Below are positions 27,300 to 41,500 of a DNA stretch of 64,000 nucleotides, piece by piece. Source of the stretch: the human T2T-CHM13v2.0 reference genome, Homo sapiens; NCBI RefSeq assembly GCF_009914755.1, contig NC_060932.1. The stretch is one strand, 5' to 3'. The first letter of the stretch is position 1, and each line of letters begins with the position of its first letter. Below the pieces are notes generated by a model. It did not search any database. It was not told the origin of the DNA and saw nothing but the letters and a program-made list of their open reading frames with translations. The translations under genes and the position numbers were made by a program.

Positions 27300-27750
27300 A
27301 TAAATTTATAAATAAATTTATTTACAAACAAATAAATAAATTTATTTACAAATAAATAAATAAATTTATTGACAAACAAATAAATAAATTTATTGACAAA
27401 TAAATAAATAAATTTATTGACAAATAAATAAATAAATGTATTGACAAATAAATAAATTTATTTACAAATAAATAAATTTATTTATAAATAAATAAATTTA
27501 TTTACAAATAAATAAATTTATTTATAAATAAATAATTTCATTTACAAATAAATAAATTTTTTACAAATAAATAAATAAATTTTTTTACAAATAAGTAAAT
27601 AAATTTATTTACAAATAAATAAATAAATTTACAAATAAATAAATAATTTACAAATAAATAAATAAATTTATTTACAAATAAATAAATTTATTTACAAATA
27701 AATAAATTTTTTTTACAAATAAATAAATAAATTTTTTTACAAACAAATAA
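27300..27750. repeat. 20-24-bp minisatellite based on aaataaataaatttatttac
   Basis: direct reading; unit contains the palindrome taaataaatttattta. Confidence 0.9.
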
Positions 27751-28879
27751 GTTATATTTATTACCTAAAAGTTCAGTAGTAATTTTTTCCCACAAATATG
27801 TAATAGCCTTACACTCTCTGTTTCACCCACTTTCCAAATCTACTTTAAATTCAGTTATTACAAATGAATACATTTCATTCTTGATATTTTTATGTCCTAT
27901 TTAAAATCTGCCTATATGTAAACTAGCACAAACAACCCTCTCTTCTTCCCATAATCCCTCCCATGAGCTGAAATACCAATATTCTGCAGTCCTGATAAAC
28001 TATATGATTTATAAACTTTATTTTTAATGTACAAACATTTATATATTTATAATATAAATATATTGTTTATGACATCTGCAAATTTGCTCCAGATCTGTAA
28101 ACATTTCAAACATTTTTCCCTCATGACATTATATATCTTTTCAGATTGCACAGTTCCTCTTTAATTTGAGGGTATAAAGACATGCAGCTTTTAAATAAAG
28201 GGGAAGGGATTAGACTTTGCCATTGAAGGTATAAATCAAAACCAGTCTTGTTTCCCCAAAACCTATAGAAATAAAAATAATAATAAAATAAAGTAAAAAT
28301 AAAAATAAATGAATAATTTTTAAAAACCAGTACATACAGACAATTTTACTTACAATTAATAATAACTACAGTATGCTTAATCTTAGAAGATATTCATAAA
28401 AATACTTATTTAAATTAAATTTAAAGCAAGTACCTACTACTTCTCCATTACCTGCTCTATAACATAATTATTTTTAATGCCTAATATCAGATATCAAAAG
28501 CTTTAAACTAATCCAAGTTAAACCATTAAAGGAATTACCAAAAAGATAAATTTTGTGATTAAGAATATAGTAATTACTGCCACCTTATTGATCAGTTGCT
28601 GGAAACTTCAAGTGAAATAAATTGGTCTAAATTAAATAGTAATAGTTGCAATACATTTTTTTCTTTTATGTGAAAAAATATAAGTGGATTTCTATTTTTA
28701 TTGACCTCTTTTTACATCCTTATCATAATATTTTAATTTTGTGTTTCAAAAGTTACTAAAAATTTAAGTTGTATTTTTCTTAGGTCAATAGTTCCGTTAA
28801 AAAATTGGACCAAGAAAGCAAATTTAGATGTCTCTATGTAACTATTTTCATTTGAAACAAAAGTATTCAAGTTGTGTTA

Positions 28880-29505
<626 letters not shown>

Positions 29506-32242
29506 ATTATCCCAAACCCTCCCTCTACCAAAAAAAAAAAAAAGAAAGAAAAACACCACATATGAGCAAAGGCATTAGAGTTCCAGTAACTGTGGAAGTA
29601 ACTCTTGATGTGGAAGAAGAATGTCAAAAAGACTAGTACTTGAGTATCATTTTCTCTAATAATCATCTTTCTCCTTGATTCATGCTTGATCATATTCTCA
29701 GCTGAAACTGGTGACATTGAAATGGTTCAAAGTTCAAGTAAAAACCTTGAACCTATTGAGTAAAGAGATTGAATCTCAATGATTATAAGTTGAAAACTTA
29801 ATATTCAATACAAAACATTAACTCCCTGATGATCTTAGAGAATACAAAACTATTTTTAAAAGATCATAATTTATTCTCTTCTTATTGGTTAAAAAAGCTT
29901 CCAAAACTTGCATTGCCTTCTCCAGCAATATTAGAGTTGTGTTTTATAAATCTGCTCTCTGTAGAAAGCTTAGGATATAAAGGTAAATAGATGTGTCGAT
30001 ACTGTGTGATACCTTGCAAGGACTGAATTTTACATTTGGTTTGTGAAAATTCAGATCATGGTTTGCCCATGGTGGTAATTTAGTATAAACTTAGTGAATT
30101 AATGAATAGATGACAGAATGGACTAGTGACTGATGCAGTATATAGAGTTGTGAGGGTAGCTGAAATAATGTTTTTGAAGAACCTTAAATTTCTCCAACCA
30201 GGTTTCCCACAATATGGAGTACTGGATTTGATTGTACAGTAATTCAACTCTATAGTGAGAAAATTGCTTACTAAAATGGAGTGAGTTATCTCTTCCCAAA
30301 ATATGAAGGTTCTAGCGCACTAATGTACTGGAAGTGATTATTTACCAAATGTAATTCCTATCTTTTGAAGTTAATCCAATTCACATGGTTAAAATGTGTA
30401 GGTCTAGTGACTATTTACATTGGCTAATACCATCTTTTCTTGTAAAATTTATATTTAAAATATTCATGTTAATGCATTTGTGTCGCTGCTGTTTTATAAC
30501 CACTGGATATATGCACAGTAAAAAATGAAAAATGCTAATAAGTAGGTAGGTTTTTACTCTTGATACTATTAAAATGAAATTTTACACCAGAACTTAAAAG
30601 TTAACAATTGTTACACTAGCAGAAAAACAGACATAAAAAAATTAAAATGTTAAAAAAGATCTTCCATAGAAACTCTCTGGTTATTGGTTGTGCTATAAAA
30701 TTTGCTACTTGGGGGTGTTAATTGTGCTAATGGAGAGAGCAATTTTAAGCTGTAATCAGGTTTAAGACTCCATAAGACTCTTCATTTTTCTTTCCATTTG
30801 ATGACAATTTTCTATAATTAATATCAGTCCTTTTTTACATCAACCAACTGCCTTGATATTACAAATAGAGTATTGTGCTGTTGCTTTAGGTAAGGATTAA
30901 ATTAAAAACAGATGAAATTTTCACAGCCTTCTCTCAGAAAATGTTCATGTTTATAAAACAATATAAGTAAATAGTTACTGAGGATGTGAAATACATAAGA
31001 AAAATCTCATGTTAAAAATCTTTAGTGATTTTTCTAAAGTTACATTAATTTAAATTCATCAGGGCTCATGCATTTGAATGGGCATGCAAAGAATTTTAAA
31101 AATGTATGGCAATATGTAAGAAGCAGATACATGTTCATGAATAGATGAACATAGATATATTTTATTATTAGAAATAAAGTTACAATTGGACATTCAAAAA
31201 TAACTGAATTCTTAAAATTTTAATGGAATTATTAGTCATGACTTGTAAAACTATCTTCAGTTTGTATAAGTAGAATGAATTACACAACCAAATCTTTGAA
31301 AGTTTTAGGTCTTTTGCTTTAGTTGTTACAGGAAAAAGAAAAAAAAATAGAAATCTAGAAACTTACACATCAAAATATTGCCTGTGGTTATTTTCTATTA
31401 GAAGATAAGGAAAAATATGTACGTCTCCTCACATTGATTTCTTCTCCTTTTTTCCATTAATGGTTTCTATTTTATTTCTGTATGATACACATTTTCTTAT
31501 GTATTTAAAAGAAATAAATATTTTCAAAAAACTGTGATTATTTTGTGAGAACTTTGTTTTGACAACATTGAGGCATAAAATAGTAGAAAAATGAGTTTTA
31601 AATTAGATAACTCTTTTTACCTTTCACATCACGTTAAATTGTTAATGATTCTGAAAGTCCCAAATGGATCTAAACAGTTGGTTTTGACAAGGTAAGTCTA
31701 GCCATTATGAATAAATGAAAATAATACTCTTAAAGGACTCAGTAGGACTAAAATAAAACAAAATAGTAAAAATAAAAGGATAATGTGATAAATATATATA
31801 AAAATTATTTAATTTTAACAGGCAGAATATGAGTATCCTGTTTCTGGATTTTACTTCCGTAAAACGGAAATAGTAATGCTGATTATTGATTCAGTCAGTA
31901 TTATACACGTTACTAAAAAATTATAAGCTAGAGTAACAGCCTTGCAACTCAGAAGACAAATACTCCTGGAACTACAGAATGGAGAAATAAATACATTATG
32001 GAGTAACAGTGTTCCTGAAAAATTCAATTTTCTTGTTGCGTATGAATACCAAATAGGGATGTTTCTTATAAAAAAAAAGATCACCTTTAAAAAAGAGGAG
32101 TCCATTTAAAAACAAATTCTTTCTCCTCCATACAGAAGGTAACTTTGTTACATTCACACTTAAAATTTGATAATCCCTGAAATATATCTCATTATTATTT
32201 CATTATGTAAGAATGATAAACCTGGGGACAAATGCATGATTG

Positions 32243-32244
<2 letters not shown>

Positions 32245-32292
<48 letters not shown>
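32245..32292. repeat. Pure poly(T), 48 nt
   Basis: direct count. Confidence 0.95.
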
Positions 32293-32294
<2 letters not shown>

Positions 32295-33729
32295 TAGAAG
32301 CCCCCAAATAAATGTTACATTGCAAGGAAACTGATCTTTAGAAAATAGTGTTCATATGGGCACAAGTAAATCTTTTATCTACTGAAGTTGTACAAACCTT
32401 TTGGAAGTGAAAATAATGATTAATTAGCAAATAAAGAAATGTTTTTAAGTTTGTTTTGTGTTCTCAGCTAGTCTTGAGCAAAACTTGTGGAGACTACATT
32501 TTAAAATTTTGTTTTACCAACATTATGAAATACCTGCCAAGTTCTTAAAGTAATTGTAAGTTTTAGATTTTTTGACTTCCTCAGGGGTTACAAGAAGAAA
32601 AAATATTCTGAACCTTTTAGGCTTATAAAAACTTGAAAGTTATGCAGCACTTATATTTAGAACAGACTTAGTTGAATAGTTTCAGGTTACTGCCTGAGCT
32701 TGGTAGAATAACAAAATATTGCTACTGCAGAAATAAGTTACTCTGTCATTGGGGAACACTAGGAGAATCTACTTACATTTGAAGAAATATCAAATAAATG
32801 AAACTCAAAGTTGAACCAAAACCTGAACAAAAAATAAACTGCTTCATGAAAAAAATAGATAAATAGGTAAGAAAAAATAATTTGGCTTTCATGTTTTTCT
32901 TTATTTTTTATCTTAAATACATACATAAACCAAAATATTTGTATGACGTTCACAGAATGTATTTTTTTCAATTTGAATAAAGATTATTTTAGTCAGAGTA
33001 ATACACAGTATAAAATGAGCTAAATATTGGAGTTAAATTTCAACACCATTTTTTTTCTTTGGGTGGAATTTGGTAAGCTTTTAAAGATACAAAGTGTACT
33101 CATTATTATATGCAAAGCTTTGTTGATTAAATGTTAAATCTGCTGTACAAAGCGAGGATGAATAAAATGCTTGTGCATTTGGTTATACATTACCCTTTAC
33201 AAATATTTTCAAAGCCCAGTATTTAAATTTTAAGGCTTTACCTTTAAAGTTCTGAAGTAGTACCAAAGATCATAAAGGTCACATGTCCAACCTATTAATT
33301 TCTTGGGGCTTTTTTTTAATCAAAATGCATTTCCAGTGACCATGAACTTTATTACCAAGTAAATGCTATTTCAGTTTTGTGTATGGATACACTCAGGTTT
33401 TATAAAAGAAATATTTACATTTCTATGTTTATATAATTATGCAAGAAAATTCCTTTTCTGAGTTAAGGGCAAACATTTCAAAGGAAATTGGAGTTGATAA
33501 AGGTATTTGAGTTATCATTCGCATGCATGCATGCATATTTTGTCTTACATTATTACTTCTCTTTCAAGACAACATTTTGACATTTGCATTCTGTTGTCTA
33601 ACCATATTTACAGTAATCATTTAGATAGTATTTCTATGTTTAGCTGGTTTCAATATTCATGATCAGTCCTTTCACGTAATGGATTTTTTTGATTTGTTGA
33701 TTATTTTATTACTATCTCAATTGACCAAA

Positions 33730-34172
33730 TGTATTAGTTTGCTAGGGATGTTGTAACGAAGTACTGAAACTGGGTGTCTTAAACAATAGCTACATTGTCC
33801 TGCAGTTCTGAAGGCTAAAAGTCTAAGATCAAGGTGTTGGCATGGTTGGTTTCTTCTGAGTGCTGTGAAAGATCTGTCTCATGCCTCTCTCCTAGTTTCT
33901 CATTTGTGGGAAATCTCTCTGGCATTCCTTCTCTTCCTCTGTATCACTTTATCTTCACACGCCATTCTGCCTGTATGTGTGTGTCCAAATTTCTCCTTTT
34001 TATAAGAACACCAGTCACTTTGAATAACGGGCCCAATTTAGTCTAGTATGACTTCATCTTAAATAATTACATCTGCAATGACCTCATTTACGAATAAGCT
34101 CACATTCTGTAGTACCGGGGCTTAGAACTTCAATATGTTAATTTTGAGGGTGGAACAATTCAACACATAATA
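33730..34172 (-). mobile_element. MLT1 (MLT1C/B-like) solo LTR
   Basis: tgtattagtttgctaggg...cagttctgaaggctaaaagtctaagatcaaggtgttggca...acaattcaacacataa. Confidence 0.85.
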
Positions 34173-34276
34173 GTGAGGATATCTTTAATTTAAAAAGCAA
34201 TTATTGGTGGGGTAATGTCAGCAACATGTTTACTAGTCCCTTTCCCAGCTAGAATGTGTTTTAATTCCCTTCATAA

Positions 34277-34591
<315 letters not shown>

Positions 34592-34819
34592 TTATATATT
34601 ATATAATTATAATATTTTTGAATTACCCTTTTGATTAAAAAAAAAGTTGAAGCAGGTACTCTCCATAAGCATCTAGTTCCAAAGCCAGACTGATTGTATC
34701 TTCTTCGTGGCTGATATATTTTTTACCTGTCCATATATTTGAAAAACATTTTTATTATAGATATTATTTTTAAATAATTTTACCTGCCACATAGTCAATT
34801 TAATATAGAAAACCTGGTG

Positions 34820-35290
34820 ATATTAGTTAAGACAATGATTTGCTATTGAAACAGATCTCCATAGTTCACAAGAGCTTACACGGTTCGGAAGTTCATTTCT
34901 CTCCTGTGCAAATGTTCCTTTGTTATCAAGGTCTTCTTCCATGAGATCGTCAAGTGCCCCGGCTCAACATACCTTGCTACTATTCACCCTCGATATTTAG
35001 CTTCCATCTCCTGGTACAAAAATATTTATTCCAGTTGCTGCCATCTTATCTCCATTCCAACTATAGGAAGAATAAATTCAAAGACCTGATTATTTGTAAT
35101 TAGGACATTGACCAGAAATTGTACATATCACTTCTGCTCCTACCCCACAGAATGGAAGGTAGATATGTGACCACACTTAGCAACAGGCATTCTTGAGAAA
35201 CATAGTCTTTCACTTGGGCTCAACAAAAAACTGTATGAACACAGAGGAAATATTAATAGATAGATATTAGTGACAACTAGTAGGCTCTGC
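34820..35290. mobile_element. Old MLT1-type LTR relic
   Basis: 'tattagttaagac...gaagttcatttctc...catatcacttctgctcc...tgaccacacttagc...gacaactagtaggctctgcta'. Confidence 0.5.
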
Positions 35291-36737
35291 TAGAGTCCAC
35301 ACTTTGCTTTTATCAAATATCCGTTTATCACCTTCTTCTCATGCATTTAATATTCTTGCCCCTCTCCAAAGGCAGCGACCTCAACATTCCATGCAGTCAC
35401 TGTAACCTACTCAATGTCTCCGGAAAATGTGTAGTCTAATTTGTTAGATATGATTTTTGACTCATAATGGCCTAGTACTTTTCAAATAAATGGCATACTA
35501 TCTGTCTTTTCTTGCTCTCATAATCCCCACCACACATATGTAATATGTGATAATAGAAGGACATAGCAAGAAAATAACTTCCCATTCTTATTATTAAAGA
35601 AAGGGAACACATAACAGTCTTTTTGTGTGTCAAGTGATTATTTATGTAAGAGACTTCATAGATTTGAGAGAGAAACTATGTGAAAGTGCAAATCCAGATA
35701 CATGATAGTAGTTCAATATAGTTAAATTCAAATTTTTCCTTGAAATGCTAACATAAAACAAGTGGCATACTGAGCCAGTCTCAATTATGACCACATTTGT
35801 CAGTTTAGCCACACGTAGTTGGCAATGGTCATCTGATGAACTGAATCAGGATCCCAAATAAAGTGGCAAAATATGGATAATATACTTTATAAAAGTATAT
35901 TTTATAAAAGTGAAGCGATAAACAAGTCATAATCACAAATATTTGTCAGATAGTTACTTGATAATATAAATAATAATTTATTTTAAATAAGTATAATAAA
36001 TAGAAGCCGATTATAAATGGAGTAGAATTTATGTTGAATCCTGTGAATAATTTACCTCTAAAGGGTAAATCTAAAAGATATGTACTATTTTAGAATTAAA
36101 CTTTTTATAAATTTTTACTTATAGATACTTTTTTCCTAAGGATGTAGGCCTTGACACCGATATTTTTGTTTATAATATTTTTTCTCCAACCATCCTTTTA
36201 ATATTTATGGCAGCTTGCTTAGGCTCCATCTACTGAAAGGCACCGAGCAGTACAGAACCTAAGAACGCTGGCTCTCTAGCCACACCGCCTGGTTCACATA
36301 TAGGCTCTACTACTTCCTGTCTTTGAAAACTTAGACATGTTATTTAGCCTTTCTATGGCTCATGATGGGGTGATCCTCCAAGTAAGAATAAGCAATTCAT
36401 TCTAAACTATTTTCACCCCAGAATGTTGATACTGAACTATCAGAGTAATATGAATTGGGGGTAAGAGATGTTTGTATTTTGTGTGTGTATGAAAGGAGGG
36501 ATAAACTTAAAAAAAAAAACAAAAAACTTCAAACAATAATCACAGGCCAGAGATGGAGTTTGGGGGACCCTGATTTGAGAAATCGAAGACAGTTTGGACT
36601 ACATAAGTTCCTCAGACTAAAAAGAAGAAATTACTTGAAATTCACAAAATATCACCTATACTTTGAAAACCTATAGTTGTTTTCCTTTGGATTGTAGACA
36701 CTTACATAAGAAGTGTCACTTCATGTACTTAAATATT

Positions 36738-37160
36738 GCTATGGGTTGAATGCTTATGTGCCGTCTCAAATTCCTAATGCAATAGTATTAAAAAGCAGAG
36801 CTTTCAGGAGGTGAGTAGGCCATGATTGTTCCACTGTCTTGGATGGGATTAGCACCTTATAAATGAGCTGGAGGGAACTAGCTAGGCCTTTTTTTTCTTT
36901 TTTTTTTTTTTTTGCCCTTCCATGCCTTATGCCCTTGCATCTTCCACCATGTGAGGACACAGCATTTCTCTGTTCTGGAGGACACAGAGTTGAAGGCTCC
37001 ATCTTGGAAGCAGAAACCAGGCCCTCATCAGGCAATGAATCTACTAGTATCTTGATCTTGAACTTACCAGCCTCCAGAACTGTGAGAAATAAATTTATGT
37101 TGTTTACAACATTCCCAGTTTCAGGCATTTTCTAAATAACACCACAAATGGACGAAGACA
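36738..37160 (+). mobile_element. MSTD/MLT1A-like solo LTR
   Basis: tgctatgggttgaatg...catgtgaggacacagc...cagcctccagaactgtgagaaataaattt...ggacgaagaca. Confidence 0.85.
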
Positions 37161-37533
37161 ACTTTTAAACATATGCAGATATCTGTTCAAATTCTAATCT
37201 TTGAGTTTCAGGTGACATTTTGCTGTATAAAAATAATACCCAGGATTCAAACTTCTACCCAAGGTCACAACATATAGCATATGCATATGTGTTGCTTCAC
37301 TAGATACAGCTAAGCAGTATTCTACATGTTTCAAGCAATTTAAATACCTATCATAAATATATACAAATTAATTTTCTCTATAATATTGGCAAAATATTAT
37401 ATAAAAGTAGTTCAAAATTATACTTTTCCTGTGAGTAGATAGTAGAATTTTGATATAGATTTAATCTGCATTCATCTAATGACTAATAAAGTTGAGTAAA
37501 TATGGTAAGAATGATTCTGAGGTGCCCCTTTCC

Positions 37534-37534
<1 letters not shown>

Positions 37535-37571
<37 letters not shown>
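37535..37571. repeat. (CA)n microsatellite
   Basis: direct reading. Confidence 0.95.
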
Positions 37572-37572
<1 letters not shown>

Positions 37573-37574
37573 CA

Positions 37575-38105
37575 CCCCTGCCTTCTAAGGTACACACCCC
37601 ATATAATCCTCTCTCCTTGAGTGTGGTGAGACTTATGAATATAATGGATCTTGCTCCTATGATTAGGTTATAGTAATATTGTAAAGCTGAAGGAATTACA
37701 CACATGTAATTAAGATCCTTAATCAGTTGACTTTGAGTTAATCAAACGGAAGATTTCCCTAGGTGAACCAGACCTTATCAGATGAACCCTTTAAAGATGG
37801 CAGAGTGATCAGAGACTTGAATGAGCAGAGAATCTCTCTCTAGTCTGCTGGCCCTGAAAAAGTAAGCTGTTATAATTTATACAGCTGAAAGTAAATGAAT
37901 TCTGCCCACAACCATGTGTGGTTGGAACAGGGCCTCAAGCTTCAGAGGACACCACAGCTCTAGCCGATACCTTCATTGCAGCTGGTGAGACACTGGGCAG
38001 AGGGCCCAGCTAAGCTGTTTCCAGATGCTTGACCCAGAAAAACTGTGAGAAGATAAACTTCTCAATTCATGGTGACTTGTCAGGTACCAACAGAAAACAA
38101 AGATA
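37575..38105 (+). mobile_element. MLT1E/F-like LTR
   Basis: 'ataatcctctctccttgagtgtgg...taatcagttgactttgagttaatcaa...gacccagaaaaactgtgaga'. Confidence 0.75.
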
Positions 38106-38199
38106 TCAACTTTATGTGTGTGTGTGGGTGGAGGATGTGTGTCTGTATAAAACCTCCCTTTTTTTTGGAAATGCCTATTCTACCAATGTTGCTGTCGGT

Positions 38200-38532
38200 T
38201 TTTTAGAAGTATCATAGACAGGGTGTCTTACAAACAAGAATTTATTTCTCACAGTTCTGGAACCTGAAAATTTTAAGATCAAAGTGTCAGCAGATTTGTA
38301 TCTGGTGAGTGCTCACTTTTTGGTCCATAAAGGGCCATATTCTCCCTGTATCCTGCTACAGTAGAAGGGTGACAGATTCTGGAGCCTTTTTTATAAGAGC
38401 ACTAATCCCATTCATCATGGCTCTAGCCTCAAGTCCTAATGACGTCCCAAAGTCTTTACCTCCACATATCATCACATTGGAGGTTATGTTTTAACATACA
38501 AATTTTGGAAGAATACATTCAGTTTATAGCAC
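38200..38532 (-). mobile_element. MLT1A/MST-like LTR
   Basis: 'aatttatttctcacagttctggaa...aagatcaaagtgtcagcagattt...cactaatcccattcat...acattcagtttatagca'. Confidence 0.8.
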
Positions 38533-38539
38533 TTTGATA

Positions 38540-41500
38540 TTATATATGAATTATTTGCCAGATATGTGATTGCCATTATCTTCCCTTACTCTGTGGCTTG
38601 GTTTCTCACTCTGTTAGAAGTGTCTTGTGACGGAAATAAATCCGAACGTTAATGTAATCTAATTTATCAATATTTTCTTTGTGCCTGTTGCTTTTGAATC
38701 AATGTTTAACATCATCATAAATTAAATGCGTTTATTCTTCTATCATAACTACTATATGTTTTTTTTTCAACTTTCACTTCTATATCTACAGTCTATGTGG
38801 AATTTATTTTTATGTGTGGTATCAGGTAGGAATAAAGATTTATTATTTTCCCCAGTGGATAAAATGATCTAGTATCACTTATTGAAGAGACTCTCATGGG
38901 CCTACTGCTGAGAAATATAATTTTGTCAAAGATTGAATAAACTGATATATGATAGCCTATTTCTGAAAGAGCTATTTTGTTCCTTGCTCTGTATGTCTAT
39001 CCTTGCAACAATACCACACTGTCATATCATAAGCCTTAATATTTGCTAGTAGACATTATACACATTTTTTCATCTTTAAGATTTCCTTTTATATATTCAG
39101 TCCTTTCTATTTCCATATAAACTTCACAATCATTTAATCAATTTTTATTTTTAAACATACACATGGATTATGATTAGCATTGTATTAAAATATCTCCTAA
39201 GAGATAAATGATATTTTTGCAGAATTGGGACTTCCAATTCAAAAAATTATATATTCCTGTATTATTTACAGATTTTTCAATTTCTCTCAGAGGTATTTAA
39301 TAGTTTTTCCTTATAAACATTTAGCGTATATTTTTAATATTTTTTTCTTAAGCATTAGATCTTCATGTTACTGCAAATAATTTTCTAAATATTTTATTTT
39401 CTAGTTTTTATTCACAAAAGGGAAAATACATTTTAATACATTTTATACATTTACTTCATATAAAGCAAAATTGCTAAATTTATTATTAAATATAATAATC
39501 GGCAAGTTGATAGTCATAGACCTATAATCATGATATTGACAAATAATAAAAAATTATTATAATTTTTATTTGTTTGTTTGGTTCTTAATGCAAGGCTATG
39601 CCTACTAGTCCAGTGACAAGTAGAATTGGTGATAGCAGACATTCTCATCTTATTTTTAATCTCAGGGAAAAAGCTTTGAATATTTTCCTATTCATTATAA
39701 TATTTCCTGCTTATTTTTACAGAGATGTTCTTTATCAGATTATGGAAGTTCACGCATTACTAATTTGATTAAAGTTTTATTTTTAAAATAATGAATAAAT
39801 ATTGAATTTTATAAAATCGTTTTTCTGCATCAACTTAGATTTTTATTAATTTATTATTGTGTAGAAATACATTTACTCATTTTCTTACTTAATTCAACCT
39901 TTTATTTCTGAAAAATATTTAAATTTCTATATTGCTCTTTTGAGTTAATACTTTGCTTATAGTTTTTTTTTCTAAGTTTGTAAGAAAAATTGAAATGTAT
40001 ACCATTATTTCTTATCAGCTCTTGGCATGAATGTTGTGTTACTGTCATGATTAAGTTGAGAAAATTTCCTTCCTTTCTTTGTTTTAGAGCAATTGGTAAA
40101 TGTAGTATTATTTTATTCTTAAATATTGTGAAGAATTTTGAAGCTAGATAGAGATGAATTTTTATTTGGGGGGAACATTTTAAATAAGATCCAATTTATT
40201 TAGTAGATAAAGGACTATACAGATTTTCTATGTCTTCTTTTGTTCAGTCAATCATGATACTTTCTGAGAATTTTTTAAAACTTTATCGAAATTTTTAATT
40301 TTTGCTGTAAAGTTGTTCAAGTACCCTCTTACTATAGGTTTAGTGTTTGTGGGTCGAAATAGTGTTTTTTTAATTGTTGAAATTGGAAATTTCTGACACT
40401 GCTCTTCTTTTATTCATCAGTTTTAGTAGGTATGTAACAATTGGATTGTTCTTGCCAAAGAATAACCTTTACCTTTTGTAACTGTTTCTCTATTCTACAT
40501 TGTTTATATTATCAACTTATATCTTTATCAATTTATATATATAATATATATCTAGATATAAGTATATCTATATATTTATATATACAAATATATATTCTAA
40601 TTGCTATTTTCATTTGTATTCATGTTCTTAGATTTTTGTTTTAATGTGTTCATTATGTACATAATGACATTCTTTTTATAACTTATTTACATGGTTATTA
40701 TACATTATAATTTATTTTCTAGCCTTCTTTTTAATATATGCATTTAAGTTCTTAAATTATACTCTAAGAATGGCTTTAGTATCCATCATCATACAATTTT
40801 GATTTCTCATATTTGAATGATGATTACTTTCAAAACATTCTGTAATTTCTGAATTACTGACAAATATGTTAAAATCTCATATTATACTATTTTATCATTT
40901 TTTCCCCTGTTTCTAGGTTGTGACCTTTCTGGATGGCTCTTTAAGGCTTAACAGCTCTGGCTAGAAGCAAACTCCTACTTTTCCAAGCACCATGAAACCT
41001 TGCCCTCCCAGCAGCCGTCTACTGCTCTTATTATTTAAGCAGTCTGATGAAGTAAAAAGCCTTAATTCCTCTTACACCTCTTTACCATCCCCCACTATAA
41101 TTGCTTTAAATATTTCCTCTATATACATTTAGAACCAAATCATTCAGTGCAGTAATTTTGTTTAAACTGTCAAACACAATTTAGAAAACTCAAAAAGAGA
41201 AGTAAAGCCTATTGTATTTCCATTTTTACTTACCATGTTATTTATTTTTCTTGATGTTCAAATGTTTCTTTTTAAAACTGTGTATCCTTTAAAGATAACT
41301 TCCTTTAACCATGCTTTATATTTGCTATGTGGTGACCAATGCTCTCAGTTTTTCTGTCATTTGAGAATAACTTGATTTCTTCATTTCTATAGGATATTAT
41401 TTTCTCTGGATATAGGAATCAGGGATAAAATTTCCTTTCTTTAAGCTCTTGAAATCTACTGTGTCATTTCCTCTGGGCCTTCATAGATTTTGATGAGAAA

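Noticed and set aside
25511-27750. Regularly spaced palindromic repeats superficially like a CRISPR array
   Set aside because: No unique spacers, no cas genes, primate context; these are head-to-tail minisatellites
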